Notes under the pieces: model-generated | Told to the model about the DNA's origin: nothing | What the model saw: the letters and a program-made list of their open reading frames with translations, nothing else | The model's database searches: none | Position numbers and translations under genes: made by a program | In this document: positions 15,737 to 24,922 of the stretch, one piece after another | Position numbering within the stretch: the first letter of the stretch is position 1 | How the letters are laid out: each line of letters opens with the position of its first letter | Sequence record: DRR723986_11331 | Reading direction: 5' to 3' (one strand) | DNA length: 35,916 nucleotides

Positions 15737-18364
15737 ATGATGAGCGTAGATGCACAGACGAAACTGGCCGCCTCATGTAGCGATATTGCTGAGCTGTCCG
15801 GACAGGCGTTGGCCTGGATCGAAGATGGTGAAAATAGCGCGCTGATCGGGGCTGAAACACGGTCCTTGGTTCAGGTGATGCGTAAATCACAACGCCGGGC
15901 ACGACGTTTGGCGCGCGCGGCAACGACACGGATGTCGGTCAGTGTGTTTGGGCCAAGCCAAGCGGGTAAATCGTTCCTTGTGTCCGTACTTGCCCGCCCG
16001 GAAACGGGCCCTTTGGTCGCCGATTTTGATGGGCCGAATGGACAGCTAGACTACATTCGCGAGATCAATCCCGAGGGGGAAGGTGAAAGCACCGGATTGG
16101 TGACACGTTTCACCATGGAAAAGCACGCATCGCCTGATGGCTATCCGATCCGCCTGACCCTGCTGAGCGAGGCCGATCTGGTCCGGACGCTGGTGAACTC
16201 GTTTTTCATGGACGGCGACCGTTCAGAACAGGTTCCGTCGCCAACGGACCTTGCAGCGCATCTGGACCAATTCAAGGCGCGTAGCGGACCAACACAGCCG
16301 GGTATTGATGCCGATGAGATCCATGAGATTGGCGACTACATCGACAACCTCTTTGGACGAGAGGCCTATGCCGCAGCACTCAAACCGCTTTGGGATGAGG
16401 CAGCCGAATGTGTGCCGGGCCTGTCGCTTGCGGATCGCGCCGCGTTTTTTGCGGTTCTTTGGGGCGGGCATACGCCGTTTTCGGAACTTTATCTCAAGCT
16501 GGGCGGTGCCTTGGCTCAACTGGGGCATTCTGAAACTGTCCATGTTGGACTAGATGCGCTGATCCCGCGTGAAACGTCGATTATTGATGTCAAAACGCTT
16601 AGTGGTGTGGGGGATGCCGCACCGTTGGCTGTTCTGACCGAGGCGGGTGCGCGTGTTGCATTGCCCCGGTCCGTGGTGTGCGGATTGGCGGCAGAACTTG
16701 TTTTACCGATGCGGGATTTGCCTTCAGAACTGTTCTCTGAAACGGATCTGTTGGATTTCCCCGGTGCGCGCAATCGCTTTGAACAGGATCTGTCCAAGGC
16801 GTTCGTGAATGCAGAGGCCATCCTTCCTGAGCTGCTGTTGCGCGGGAAAGTGGCTTATCTCTTTGATCGTTATGTACAAAATCAAGAGATCACGTCGATG
16901 TTGCTGTGCATCCCAGACAGCAATATGGAAACGGTTGATTTGCCGGGATTGGTGCAAACTTGGATTGCCTCAACACACGGATCGACCCCAGAACAGCGCG
17001 CCGGGGTCGATCCGGTCCTGTTCATGGTCCTAACCAAGTTTGACAAACATTTGGGTGACAGTGCTGCCGAGGGCGGGGACGAGACACGGTTTGAACGCCG
17101 TATGCAGGCATCATTGCTGGAAAAATTTGGCAAGGGCAGCGACCCTTGGGTGCGGGATTGGCAACCGGGGCGGCCATTCAGCAATTGTTATTGGCTGCGC
17201 AATCCCAATTTCTATGTCGATGGGCTGCTCGAGTATGGGCCAAACAAAGTTGAAACCGGCATTCGCCCGGATAAGGTTGCCCGGATTGATGAGTTGCGCC
17301 GTGGATGCTTGCAAGCACCGTCGGTTCAAACGCACTTCACCGACCCCCAAGCTGCATGGGAGGCTGCACTTTCGTTGAATGACGGGGGGGTGGGGTATCT
17401 GTTGCAGAACCTTCAAGCGGTGTGCCGACCTGATCGCAAGCTTGAACAGATCCAAATCCAGCTTGAACAACTGCGCACGGGCTTGCAGCAAGCAATGTCC
17501 CCGTTTCATGTGTCCGATGATGTTGAGGTCCGCATTTCTGAGAAGCAAGAAGCAGCAGGTCGGGTGATTGATGACTTGGAGCAGGTGTTTTCGCGGCATC
17601 GGTTCGGGGCCTTGATCGCCGCGTTGATGGTGGATCAGGAAGAAATCGAAGGGCGGATCAGCCGAGTACCAAGCACGGTACGGATCACAAACGCGGTGCA
17701 AGCAGCGACCGAAACGGCACCGCGATCGGCGGGGTTACAGCGACCGGGTCGGGGCGCACGGCCACAATCGAACTCAGTCTCTGCTGCGTCAGAGATCCGA
17801 ACGATGAGCCTGGCCGAGTTTCAGGCCGAAACAGCGTTGTCGATCTGGATCGACACGATCAAGAACTTCCGCGAGGATAGCGCGCGGCGCGGTGCTTACG
17901 GCTTAGGGGATGCGGCTGCGCAAGATTTGATCAGTGAGTTGATTCATGCGGCGCGGCGCACCAAGCTGAGCCATCGGACTGCGATCCAGCTTGAGGACGT
18001 GAATTTTGGCCTGACGGTAGAAAAGCAAGCGCAACCTGCCTCTATCTTGGGGGCCGAAGCCATCAACACCTTTGTGTCCACTTTGGGGATGCTGGACATC
18101 CCAGAAAACAATCGCCCCAAGATAGACTTGGTTGACGGCGAAACACGCCCGATTTTTGCAACTCTTGAGGCATCAGATAGCGCGGATGACTTGCCTGCGC
18201 ATCCTGCCCCTGTCGGTGAACGGGTGTGGACCGATTGGGTCTTTGGGCTGGATGCATTGTTTGTGGCGAATGCGAAAGAGGGGCTTGGGGGGCAAGTGAA
18301 TGTCGATCAAAACTTGCGGTTGGGACGCATTTTGACCGCGCTGAATGGGTCGTCTCAGGTATGA
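15737..18364 (+). CDS. srfC: Virulence factor SrfC family protein (P-loop, dynamin-like GTPase motifs)
   Basis: GPSQAGKSFLVS, ESTGLVTRF, DLLDFPGAR, LLRGKVAYLFDRY, LTKFD; follows srfB. Confidence 0.92.
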   Translation: MMSVDAQTKLAASCSDIAELSGQALAWIEDGENSALIGAETRSLVQVMRKSQRRARRLARAATTRMSVSVFGPSQAGKSFLVSVLARPETGPLVADFDGPNGQLDYIREINPEGEGESTGLVTRFTMEKHASPDGYPIRLTLLSEADLVRTLVNSFFMDGDRSEQVPSPTDLAAHLDQFKARSGPTQPGIDADEIHEIGDYIDNLFGREAYAAALKPLWDEAAECVPGLSLADRAAFFAVLWGGHTPFSELYLKLGGALAQLGHSETVHVGLDALIPRETSIIDVKTLSGVGDAAPLAVLTEAGARVALPRSVVCGLAAELVLPMRDLPSELFSETDLLDFPGARNRFEQDLSKAFVNAEAILPELLLRGKVAYLFDRYVQNQEITSMLLCIPDSNMETVDLPGLVQTWIASTHGSTPEQRAGVDPVLFMVLTKFDKHLGDSAAEGGDETRFERRMQASLLEKFGKGSDPWVRDWQPGRPFSNCYWLRNPNFYVDGLLEYGPNKVETGIRPDKVARIDELRRGCLQAPSVQTHFTDPQAAWEAALSLNDGGVGYLLQNLQAVCRPDRKLEQIQIQLEQLRTGLQQAMSPFHVSDDVEVRISEKQEAAGRVIDDLEQVFSRHRFGALIAALMVDQEEIEGRISRVPSTVRITNAVQAATETAPRSAGLQRPGRGARPQSNSVSAASEIRTMSLAEFQAETALSIWIDTIKNFREDSARRGAYGLGDAAAQDLISELIHAARRTKLSHRTAIQLEDVNFGLTVEKQAQPASILGAEAINTFVSTLGMLDIPENNRPKIDLVDGETRPIFATLEASDSADDLPAHPAPVGERVWTDWVFGLDALFVANAKEGLGGQVNVDQNLRLGRILTALNGSSQV

Positions 18365-19335
18365 GTTTGGAACTACACGGTGATCCACAGCATAGGGCGG
18401 GTGGGTACGGATTTCTGGAATTGCCGGAACACAGCTTGCCGGACACTGTCGAAATCGCCGTGCAGGATGCCTATTCAGAACGGTGGTTGAACCCATCCCC
18501 TGAACAACGCGTCACGGTTGGAGAGGCCAACTGGCAACCGGAACGTCATGCGTTCGGCCCCTATCAGGTGTTGCGTCACGAAGGTGCGGATTGGGTTCGG
18601 ATTGGTCCCGAAATCATCAATAAGATCGAAGAGTACACAGCGGTACGTTTGGACGTAAATGGCCAGAGGCACGAGGTGGTTTGGCCAGATATCCTTACAC
18701 CTTTGGCGGGGGCTGCTGCCTTGGGCGGTTTGCAGGTCACACCGAAAGTTATGCCGGTTCAAGATCCAGAACCGAAATCATCACCCCCACGAGAACAAGT
18801 TGAGATCCCAGTTCAGAGTGCTGTTTCAGAGGGGCAGAAACCAACGTCTAGGGGTTGGATTTGGATCTTGCTCTTGTTGGTTCTACTGGGCGGGGCTGCA
18901 TTGGCTTGGAACCTGTTCAAGGGTGAGACGGCCCCGGTTGTTGCGCAATCGGATGGGTCTGCAAGTGATTGTAACTTTGAGACATTGTCAGCTCTGCCTG
19001 ATTTCAAGGCTCGTAATTCAGCAATGCGGAGCTGTGGCAAAGAGATCTCTCCTGATGTGGTGTTGCGCGTCATTGAGGATGCGTCCAAAGCAGGAAACGC
19101 GGAGGCTTTGCTGTTGTTTGGGACGCTCTATGATGAGGATGAGCTGGACCCACGGATAGAGGTGTTGATTGGGCTCACCTTTGCTGATGATCCGGCGCGG
19201 GCGGTTTACTATTATGCTCAGGCACAGGCGGCTGGTTCAACAGAGGCAGACGCGCGCCTCGCTGGTGCGTGCAAACGGCTAACAGGGTCTACGCAGACCT
19301 TGGAAAAGGGGGCATTTGATGATTTCTGCGGTTAG
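18361..19335 (+). CDS. Bitopic membrane protein with C-terminal Sel1-like repeats
   Basis: ATGA overlap with srfC. N-terminal soluble domain, Pro-rich linker, TM WIWILLLLVLLGGAALAW, then GNAEALLLFGTLYD...DPARAVYYYAQAQAAG. Confidence 0.7.
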   Translation: MSLELHGDPQHRAGGYGFLELPEHSLPDTVEIAVQDAYSERWLNPSPEQRVTVGEANWQPERHAFGPYQVLRHEGADWVRIGPEIINKIEEYTAVRLDVNGQRHEVVWPDILTPLAGAAALGGLQVTPKVMPVQDPEPKSSPPREQVEIPVQSAVSEGQKPTSRGWIWILLLLVLLGGAALAWNLFKGETAPVVAQSDGSASDCNFETLSALPDFKARNSAMRSCGKEISPDVVLRVIEDASKAGNAEALLLFGTLYDEDELDPRIEVLIGLTFADDPARAVYYYAQAQAAGSTEADARLAGACKRLTGSTQTLEKGAFDDFCG

Positions 19336-21232
19336 TAAACTCGTTAGTCTTATCGGATTTGGTCTAACGCTGGCCTTACCGGTTGCTGCTCAGTCGACTG
19401 AGCGCCCTTTGCTGGTTGAGGGACGGCAAACGATTTATCAGCGCGTTCTAACACGCCCCGGGGCACTGATGTATGAGGCTCCGGATGGCGCAATTGAACG
19501 ACAGTACCCGGCTTTTCAACCCTTATACGTCTATGGCGTCCAGGGATCGTGGCAACAGGTTGGCCCGTCTCTGTCCCAAGGTCCACAAGGATGGGTCAAG
19601 ACTGAGCAAGTCGTTCCGTGGAAGCAAAATATAGTTGCGAGTTTCACCAATGCGGCCGGGCGTAAGCGACAGGTGTTGATGCAGAGCGAGGCCCACTTGA
19701 AGGCCTTGTTGGATCATGAATCCCTGCGCGAGGTGCAAGATCAGATCCTTGCCGAAGTGGCGAAGGGAGAGGTGCTCGAAGAGCGCGGTGTTGTGGCTGC
19801 CGAACCAGAGGAATACGTGAATATTGTCGAGCGGCTGTATTTGATGCCCATTCTTGACTTTGTTCAGGACCTACACCCATCGAATTATCAGGAAAACCTG
19901 TTGATGCAGGTGGCCTCGGTTCCATTGCAGGAAAGTGGCGTTCAAGCGGGCGCGATTGCGGATAATTTCGATGCAGGGATTGTGTTTGTTTTTGATACGA
20001 CCCAATCCATGAATCCCTATATTGAGCGGACACAGGCCGCCGTTGAACGGATCGTTGATGGCTTGCAAGACACTGAAATCGGAAAACGTGTTCAATTTGG
20101 GGTGGTTGCATTTCGTGACAATACTGATGCTGCGCCGGGTTTAGGGTACCGCACAAAAACGCTGTTGCCTTTGCAACGGCGCAGGGACCAAGGGCAAGTT
20201 GTTGCAACCATTCGCGCAGCAACGGATGTGGCTGGAGTGAACTCGCCGGGATTTAACGAGGACAGTTTGGCCGGGGTCGAAGATGCGATTGAGTTGACCG
20301 ATTGGACACCCGAAGGGAACGATCCTTTTGATGCGCGTATCGTCATTCTTATCACCGACGCAGGACCAAAAGACCCCCGCGATGCCAACGCGCGATCTGA
20401 TATCGGCCCGTCCGAGCTGCAACGTGCCGCACAAGACAAAGGTGTGGCGGTCATGACATTGCATTTGCAAACTGCAGCGGGCGGTGCGGCGCAACATCAG
20501 TGGGCCAAAAAACAATACCAAGCCTTGTCGCGTTTCAACGACGAAACCTATTATTATGGGATTGAGAATGGCGCGCCGGCAGCGTTTGAGGCAACGGTTA
20601 CACGTTTGGTGACGGCTTTGACCGATATCATCCGCGTGGCGCGCAGTGAGAAACCTGTTCTGGATCCCAAAGACGCTGGCAAAGTGGTGAACTTGGGGTT
20701 GGCGATGCAGTTGGCCTATCTCGGGCGTTTGAAAGACACGCAAGCCCCTGATGTGATCGAAGGGTGGGTATCTGAGAAAGCGATCGAAGACCCATCACGC
20801 CTTGCGATTGAGCCGCGCTTGTTGGTGTCTAAGAATGAATTGGCGACGATGGCGGATCTGCTGTCTGAACTTTTGGATTTGGGCGAGCAAAGTCGAAATG
20901 CCGAAGATGCACAGGCGTTCTTTACACAAGTTCAAAACGTTGTCGCGCGCATGGCGAAAAACCCGGATCGCCTGTTGAACCCTGAATCCGAGACATTGGG
21001 GGGCGCACTCGAATTCTTGGAGGACTTGCCCTACGAAAGCCAGTTGATGCTGACCACCCAACAACGATGGCAGCAAAGCGCAATGGTCCGCCGGTCTATC
21101 CTTGATGGGATGCGGCAGAAATTGGTGCAGTACCGAAAATGGTTGCATGATCCGACGGTTTGGACCGCTTTGTTCGATGGGGCAACGGACGGGGAATACG
21201 TCTTTGCCATGCCCTTTGACGTCTTGCCGTGA
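19319..21232 (+). CDS. Exported vWA-domain protein resembling the PpkA periplasmic region (no kinase domain)
   Basis: Signal peptide ending PVAA-Q; PLLVEGRQTIYQRVLTRPG; SH3-like GWV...W; MIDAS FDTTQSM, VAFRD, LITDAG; C-terminal LPYES...LP. Confidence 0.8.
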   Translation: MISAVSKLVSLIGFGLTLALPVAAQSTERPLLVEGRQTIYQRVLTRPGALMYEAPDGAIERQYPAFQPLYVYGVQGSWQQVGPSLSQGPQGWVKTEQVVPWKQNIVASFTNAAGRKRQVLMQSEAHLKALLDHESLREVQDQILAEVAKGEVLEERGVVAAEPEEYVNIVERLYLMPILDFVQDLHPSNYQENLLMQVASVPLQESGVQAGAIADNFDAGIVFVFDTTQSMNPYIERTQAAVERIVDGLQDTEIGKRVQFGVVAFRDNTDAAPGLGYRTKTLLPLQRRRDQGQVVATIRAATDVAGVNSPGFNEDSLAGVEDAIELTDWTPEGNDPFDARIVILITDAGPKDPRDANARSDIGPSELQRAAQDKGVAVMTLHLQTAAGGAAQHQWAKKQYQALSRFNDETYYYGIENGAPAAFEATVTRLVTALTDIIRVARSEKPVLDPKDAGKVVNLGLAMQLAYLGRLKDTQAPDVIEGWVSEKAIEDPSRLAIEPRLLVSKNELATMADLLSELLDLGEQSRNAEDAQAFFTQVQNVVARMAKNPDRLLNPESETLGGALEFLEDLPYESQLMLTTQQRWQQSAMVRRSILDGMRQKLVQYRKWLHDPTVWTALFDGATDGEYVFAMPFDVLP

Positions 21233-21236
21233 GGGG

Positions 21237-21944
21237 ATGATGGCCGGGCTTAGTCTCAGAGATGCGTGCATCAGCCTTGTCGATGGGGAGCGGACCTTCA
21301 AAGTCGAAATTGATGCTTTGGATCTGTCAGCCGGGCAGGCCGTCGCCCTGACAGGGGTAAGTGGGTCTGGAAAAACACTGGTGCTAGAGCTTTTGGGCCT
21401 GTTGCGTGCGCCAGATGCAGGTGCGAGTTATTTCTGGAAAGGGCAAAACCTTGCTGCGCTTTGGTCCAAAGGGCCGCGCAGCCAAGCGTTGGCGCAATGC
21501 CGTGGACAGGTGTTTGGTTTTGTACCCCAAACCGGGGGGCTGCTGCCGTTTTTGACGGTGTCGCAAAATATCGGGTTATCGCAATCGTTGACAGGGCGGG
21601 TGGATCACGATTGGCAGACTGCTTTGATTGAACGCCTGGATCTAGGGGACGTATCGGCGCTTTTCCCTGCCGCTTTATCAATAGGGCAGCGCCAGCGGAC
21701 GTCCATAGCGCGGGCACTTGCGCACCGTCCGGCGTTTGTCATTGCGGATGAACCCACGGCCGCGCTTGACCCAAACAGCGCGGATCAGGTGCTGGAGCTG
21801 TTTTTGGAAATCGCACAGGACCAAGGCAGTGGTGTTATCCTATCTTCACATGATCATGATCGCATCGCGCGTCATGGGATCGGGCAATTGCGGCTCTTTA
21901 TGGTTCCGGGGGGCAGGCCGCTGAGCCGGTTAGAGGTGGCATGA
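21237..21944 (+). CDS. ABC transporter ATP-binding protein (LolD/TagT-like)
   Basis: Walker A GVSGSGKT, signature LSIGQRQR, Walker B VIADEPT, H-loop SSHD. Confidence 0.92.
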   Translation: MMAGLSLRDACISLVDGERTFKVEIDALDLSAGQAVALTGVSGSGKTLVLELLGLLRAPDAGASYFWKGQNLAALWSKGPRSQALAQCRGQVFGFVPQTGGLLPFLTVSQNIGLSQSLTGRVDHDWQTALIERLDLGDVSALFPAALSIGQRQRTSIARALAHRPAFVIADEPTAALDPNSADQVLELFLEIAQDQGSGVILSSHDHDRIARHGIGQLRLFMVPGGRPLSRLEVA

Positions 21945-23140
21945 AACAGATCGCCTGTCTTGCCGTACGTGATCTGTTCCATTCGCGGGTCTTTTTGTTC
22001 TGTAATACTGCCATCATGGTTGGCGTATTGGTCCCATTGTTGCTGCTGTTTGGGGTAAAAAATGGGGTCTATTCGGCTTTGATCGGTGAAATGCTGGCCA
22101 ATCCTGCCAATCTGCAAATCGATACTAGTGGCAATGCAACGTTTTCGCCTGCAGATGTCGAACAACTTGGTACTTGGCCCGAGATTGCATTCTTTACGCC
22201 CAAAGTTCGAGGGCAATTTGACTACATGAATGTACGGATCCAGGGGGGGCGTCGTTTGAAATCGGCTGTGGTCATTCCATCTGGCGCAGGCGATCCCACG
22301 CTGCCTGTAGGGGTAAATTTGCCAGAGGGGCATGTGGCTGTCAGTGCGCAGCTGGCCCGACAGCTGCAGATTTCAGCGCATAGCGAAATCGAATTGATCA
22401 GCCAGGCCGAAGGGCGCTCAAAACAGCTGCGACTGCCGATGAAGGTCGTGACGGTTCTCCCCGAAGGAGCGATGTCAGGACGTGCTGTACTGTTGGCGTT
22501 TCCGACACTGGATGTGATCGAGGCCTTTTATGAATCCTATACGTTGCCAACCTATGGCATTAAGGGGGCTCGGAATCTTGAGGATCGTGTGCCGTCTTAC
22601 GAAGGGGTGCGGGTGTTTGCCGATCGGTTAGAGGACTTAGCTGCGCTGCAGTCACGACTAGAAACAACGTTGGGGGTTCGGACTCTGGCCCGGACTCAAG
22701 AGGTGAATACCTTGCTAGGGTTGGGGCAAAAGCTCAACCTGGCGTTGGGGTTGACCGCAGCATTGGCGGCATTGGGTTTGGGGGCTGCTCTGGTCTTTGG
22801 ATTTTGGTCAGACGTTGCGCGCAAACGGCAAACCTTGGCAGCCATTGCATTGCTGGGCGTGCCGGGACGCACGTTGGCACTGTTCCCTATGGTGCAAGCT
22901 AGTCTGACGGCAACCTTTGGGCTGGGCCTGTCGTTCCTTTTGTATTTGGGCGCAGGCCAAATTGCTGACAGCTTGTTTGGTCAGGGGTTGCCAGATGGCG
23001 CGGTTTTGGCTCTGATTTCGCAAGGGCAGGCCACGGGCATTTGCATTGCGGTGTACCTCTTGGTCTTGGCAGCGGCGGGTGCAGCTGCTTGGTCTGCTTT
23101 GCGATTGGACCCAGCGACTGTTTTGCGAGAAACATCATGA
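21941..23140 (+). CDS. ABC transporter permease, FtsX/MacB-type (TagS-like)
   Basis: One N-terminal TM (PLLLLFGVKNG), large periplasmic loop, three C-terminal TMs, ending ALRLDPATVLRE. Confidence 0.88.
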   Translation: MKQIACLAVRDLFHSRVFLFCNTAIMVGVLVPLLLLFGVKNGVYSALIGEMLANPANLQIDTSGNATFSPADVEQLGTWPEIAFFTPKVRGQFDYMNVRIQGGRRLKSAVVIPSGAGDPTLPVGVNLPEGHVAVSAQLARQLQISAHSEIELISQAEGRSKQLRLPMKVVTVLPEGAMSGRAVLLAFPTLDVIEAFYESYTLPTYGIKGARNLEDRVPSYEGVRVFADRLEDLAALQSRLETTLGVRTLARTQEVNTLLGLGQKLNLALGLTAALAALGLGAALVFGFWSDVARKRQTLAAIALLGVPGRTLALFPMVQASLTATFGLGLSFLLYLGAGQIADSLFGQGLPDGAVLALISQGQATGICIAVYLLVLAAAGAAAWSALRLDPATVLRETS

Positions 23141-24687
23141 TCTGGCGCTTACTTGTTGCCCTGTGCTTCTTGCCGGGAGGGCTAAATGCTCAGCCCACAG
23201 TGTGGCCTTTGGACATGACCGATCCAGCGGCCAAGCACCACGCCCCTGCTGATCTGGTTCTGCCAATGCCATGCGGCGCCTCTATGGCCTTTCAAAAGGT
23301 AGAGGTGCCTGTTGATGCGCGTGATCCTTTGGCGGACCGGCGGATGCGGTTGGGGCAATCTGTAAATCTGACAGGGTATTCGGATTATCTGCGTTCGGCC
23401 TTTTTGCGTGGCCCCTTTTCTGATCGAAGCAACATCACGTATTTCTATATCGCTCGGTATGAGCTGACACAGGGCCAATTTCGCGTTCTACAAGGCGATT
23501 GCACACCGCCCACACGTGCGGACCGTATCGCACGGGGTGGTATGAGCTGGTATGACGCCGTGACTTTGGCCAAGAACTATACCTCTTGGCTGTATCTGAA
23601 TTCACCCAAAGCTTTGCCGCAATCGGACGGTGCACGTGGTTTTCTACGTCTCCCGACCGAAGTGGAGTGGGAATTTTCTGTGCGTGGCGGGACGGCAGTT
23701 GATGCAAATACCTTTCCCAAACTCACCTATATCGATGATGACGAAATGCGGGACCATGCGTTGCACCAAGGGGTTGGGTCAGGAAAGGGGCGCTTGGGCG
23801 CTGTAGGGGTGCGGGCGGCCAATCCGCTGGGCCTATACGATGTATATGGCAACGTCGAAGAATTGATGCTTGAACCCTATCGCATGAATGCACGCGGGCG
23901 CGCGCATGGGCAAATTGGTGGTGTGGTCACCCGGGGGGGATCCGTCTTGTCTGAGGTGGATCAAATCTACAGCGCACAGCGGACTGAATACCCGCCCTTT
24001 GACCCGCAAACCGGGCATCCGCTGCGCGGCGAAACATTTGGCGTGCGTTTTGTGATTTCCGCCCATGTCGCGACATCCGATGCGAAACTGGCAGAGATCC
24101 AGAAACGTTGGGGGGAAATGGCGAGCTTAGATCCAAATGAGGCGGCGGACCCTGCCGCTGTTCTTGCAAATCTTGCGCGTGACGAGCCGGATCTGACTCG
24201 GCAAGAGCAATTGACCGACCTGTTGCTGGGGTTGCGGCGCAATCAAGATCAGATGGATATCGCTATCCAGCAATCGGCGCGCGCTTCGTATTTGGCCGGG
24301 GCTGCGTTTGTTGAAGCCTTGAAAACAAGCGCAGAAGCGATCGAAGCAAAGGCAATCAACATCCGCATGTTGGCCTCACTTCAAAGGGCGGGAAACCAGA
24401 GCGACATGTTTGACCGTCAACTGCAAGGGCATGTGCGCCAAATCGCTGAGATGCGGGCCCGCCAAACAGGCGTGTTGCTGTCTTACAGAGCTGTCTTGGA
24501 TGTTCTGAGCGAAGACGTTCCGCCCGATATCCGCGCCTCTGTTCTGCCGGTGCTCCGCGAGGAGTTGAGCCTGTCGGGGCAGACGCGGCGGGTACATCAT
24601 CTGGATGATTTCGCGCGCGATTTGGAAACGTTTATCAAAAAACCGGATCTGAGTACCGAGGAATTGATGTCCGGGGCGCTGAAGTAG
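23137..24687 (+). CDS. Exported FGE-sulfatase (SUMF1/EgtB/PvdO) domain protein with helical tail (TagR-like)
   Basis: Signal peptide; DLVLPMPCG; YELTQGQF; RLPTEVEWEF; NPLGLYDVYGNVEE; TRGGS; FGVRFV. Confidence 0.85.
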   Translation: MIWRLLVALCFLPGGLNAQPTVWPLDMTDPAAKHHAPADLVLPMPCGASMAFQKVEVPVDARDPLADRRMRLGQSVNLTGYSDYLRSAFLRGPFSDRSNITYFYIARYELTQGQFRVLQGDCTPPTRADRIARGGMSWYDAVTLAKNYTSWLYLNSPKALPQSDGARGFLRLPTEVEWEFSVRGGTAVDANTFPKLTYIDDDEMRDHALHQGVGSGKGRLGAVGVRAANPLGLYDVYGNVEELMLEPYRMNARGRAHGQIGGVVTRGGSVLSEVDQIYSAQRTEYPPFDPQTGHPLRGETFGVRFVISAHVATSDAKLAEIQKRWGEMASLDPNEAADPAAVLANLARDEPDLTRQEQLTDLLLGLRRNQDQMDIAIQQSARASYLAGAAFVEALKTSAEAIEAKAINIRMLASLQRAGNQSDMFDRQLQGHVRQIAEMRARQTGVLLSYRAVLDVLSEDVPPDIRASVLPVLREELSLSGQTRRVHHLDDFARDLETFIKKPDLSTEELMSGALK

Positions 24688-24922
24688 GCCAGTTTTGGCC
24701 GAGAACTGAGCGGTCAGATGCTTGGTTCGGGTAGGGGCAGCGGCTGGCTGTTTGGGTGTGTTTGATGTAGAATGGTTCTTGAGATCGAGAAGCCTGTACA
24801 AGACAACCTTGACATCGGTCGATGTACTTGGTGCTCTGAAACAGTTCTTTTTCAAAAGTTGAAAGAGCCATGTGTTACACCGATATTATTGTATCACCTA
24901 CGGCTTTTGCGAGGTAAATCAA

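Noticed and set aside
17384-17395. G-runs in srfC (and G7 near 22243 in the permease) as phase-variable tracts
   Set aside because: Runs of 7 are short, encode Gly codons and both frames are intact.
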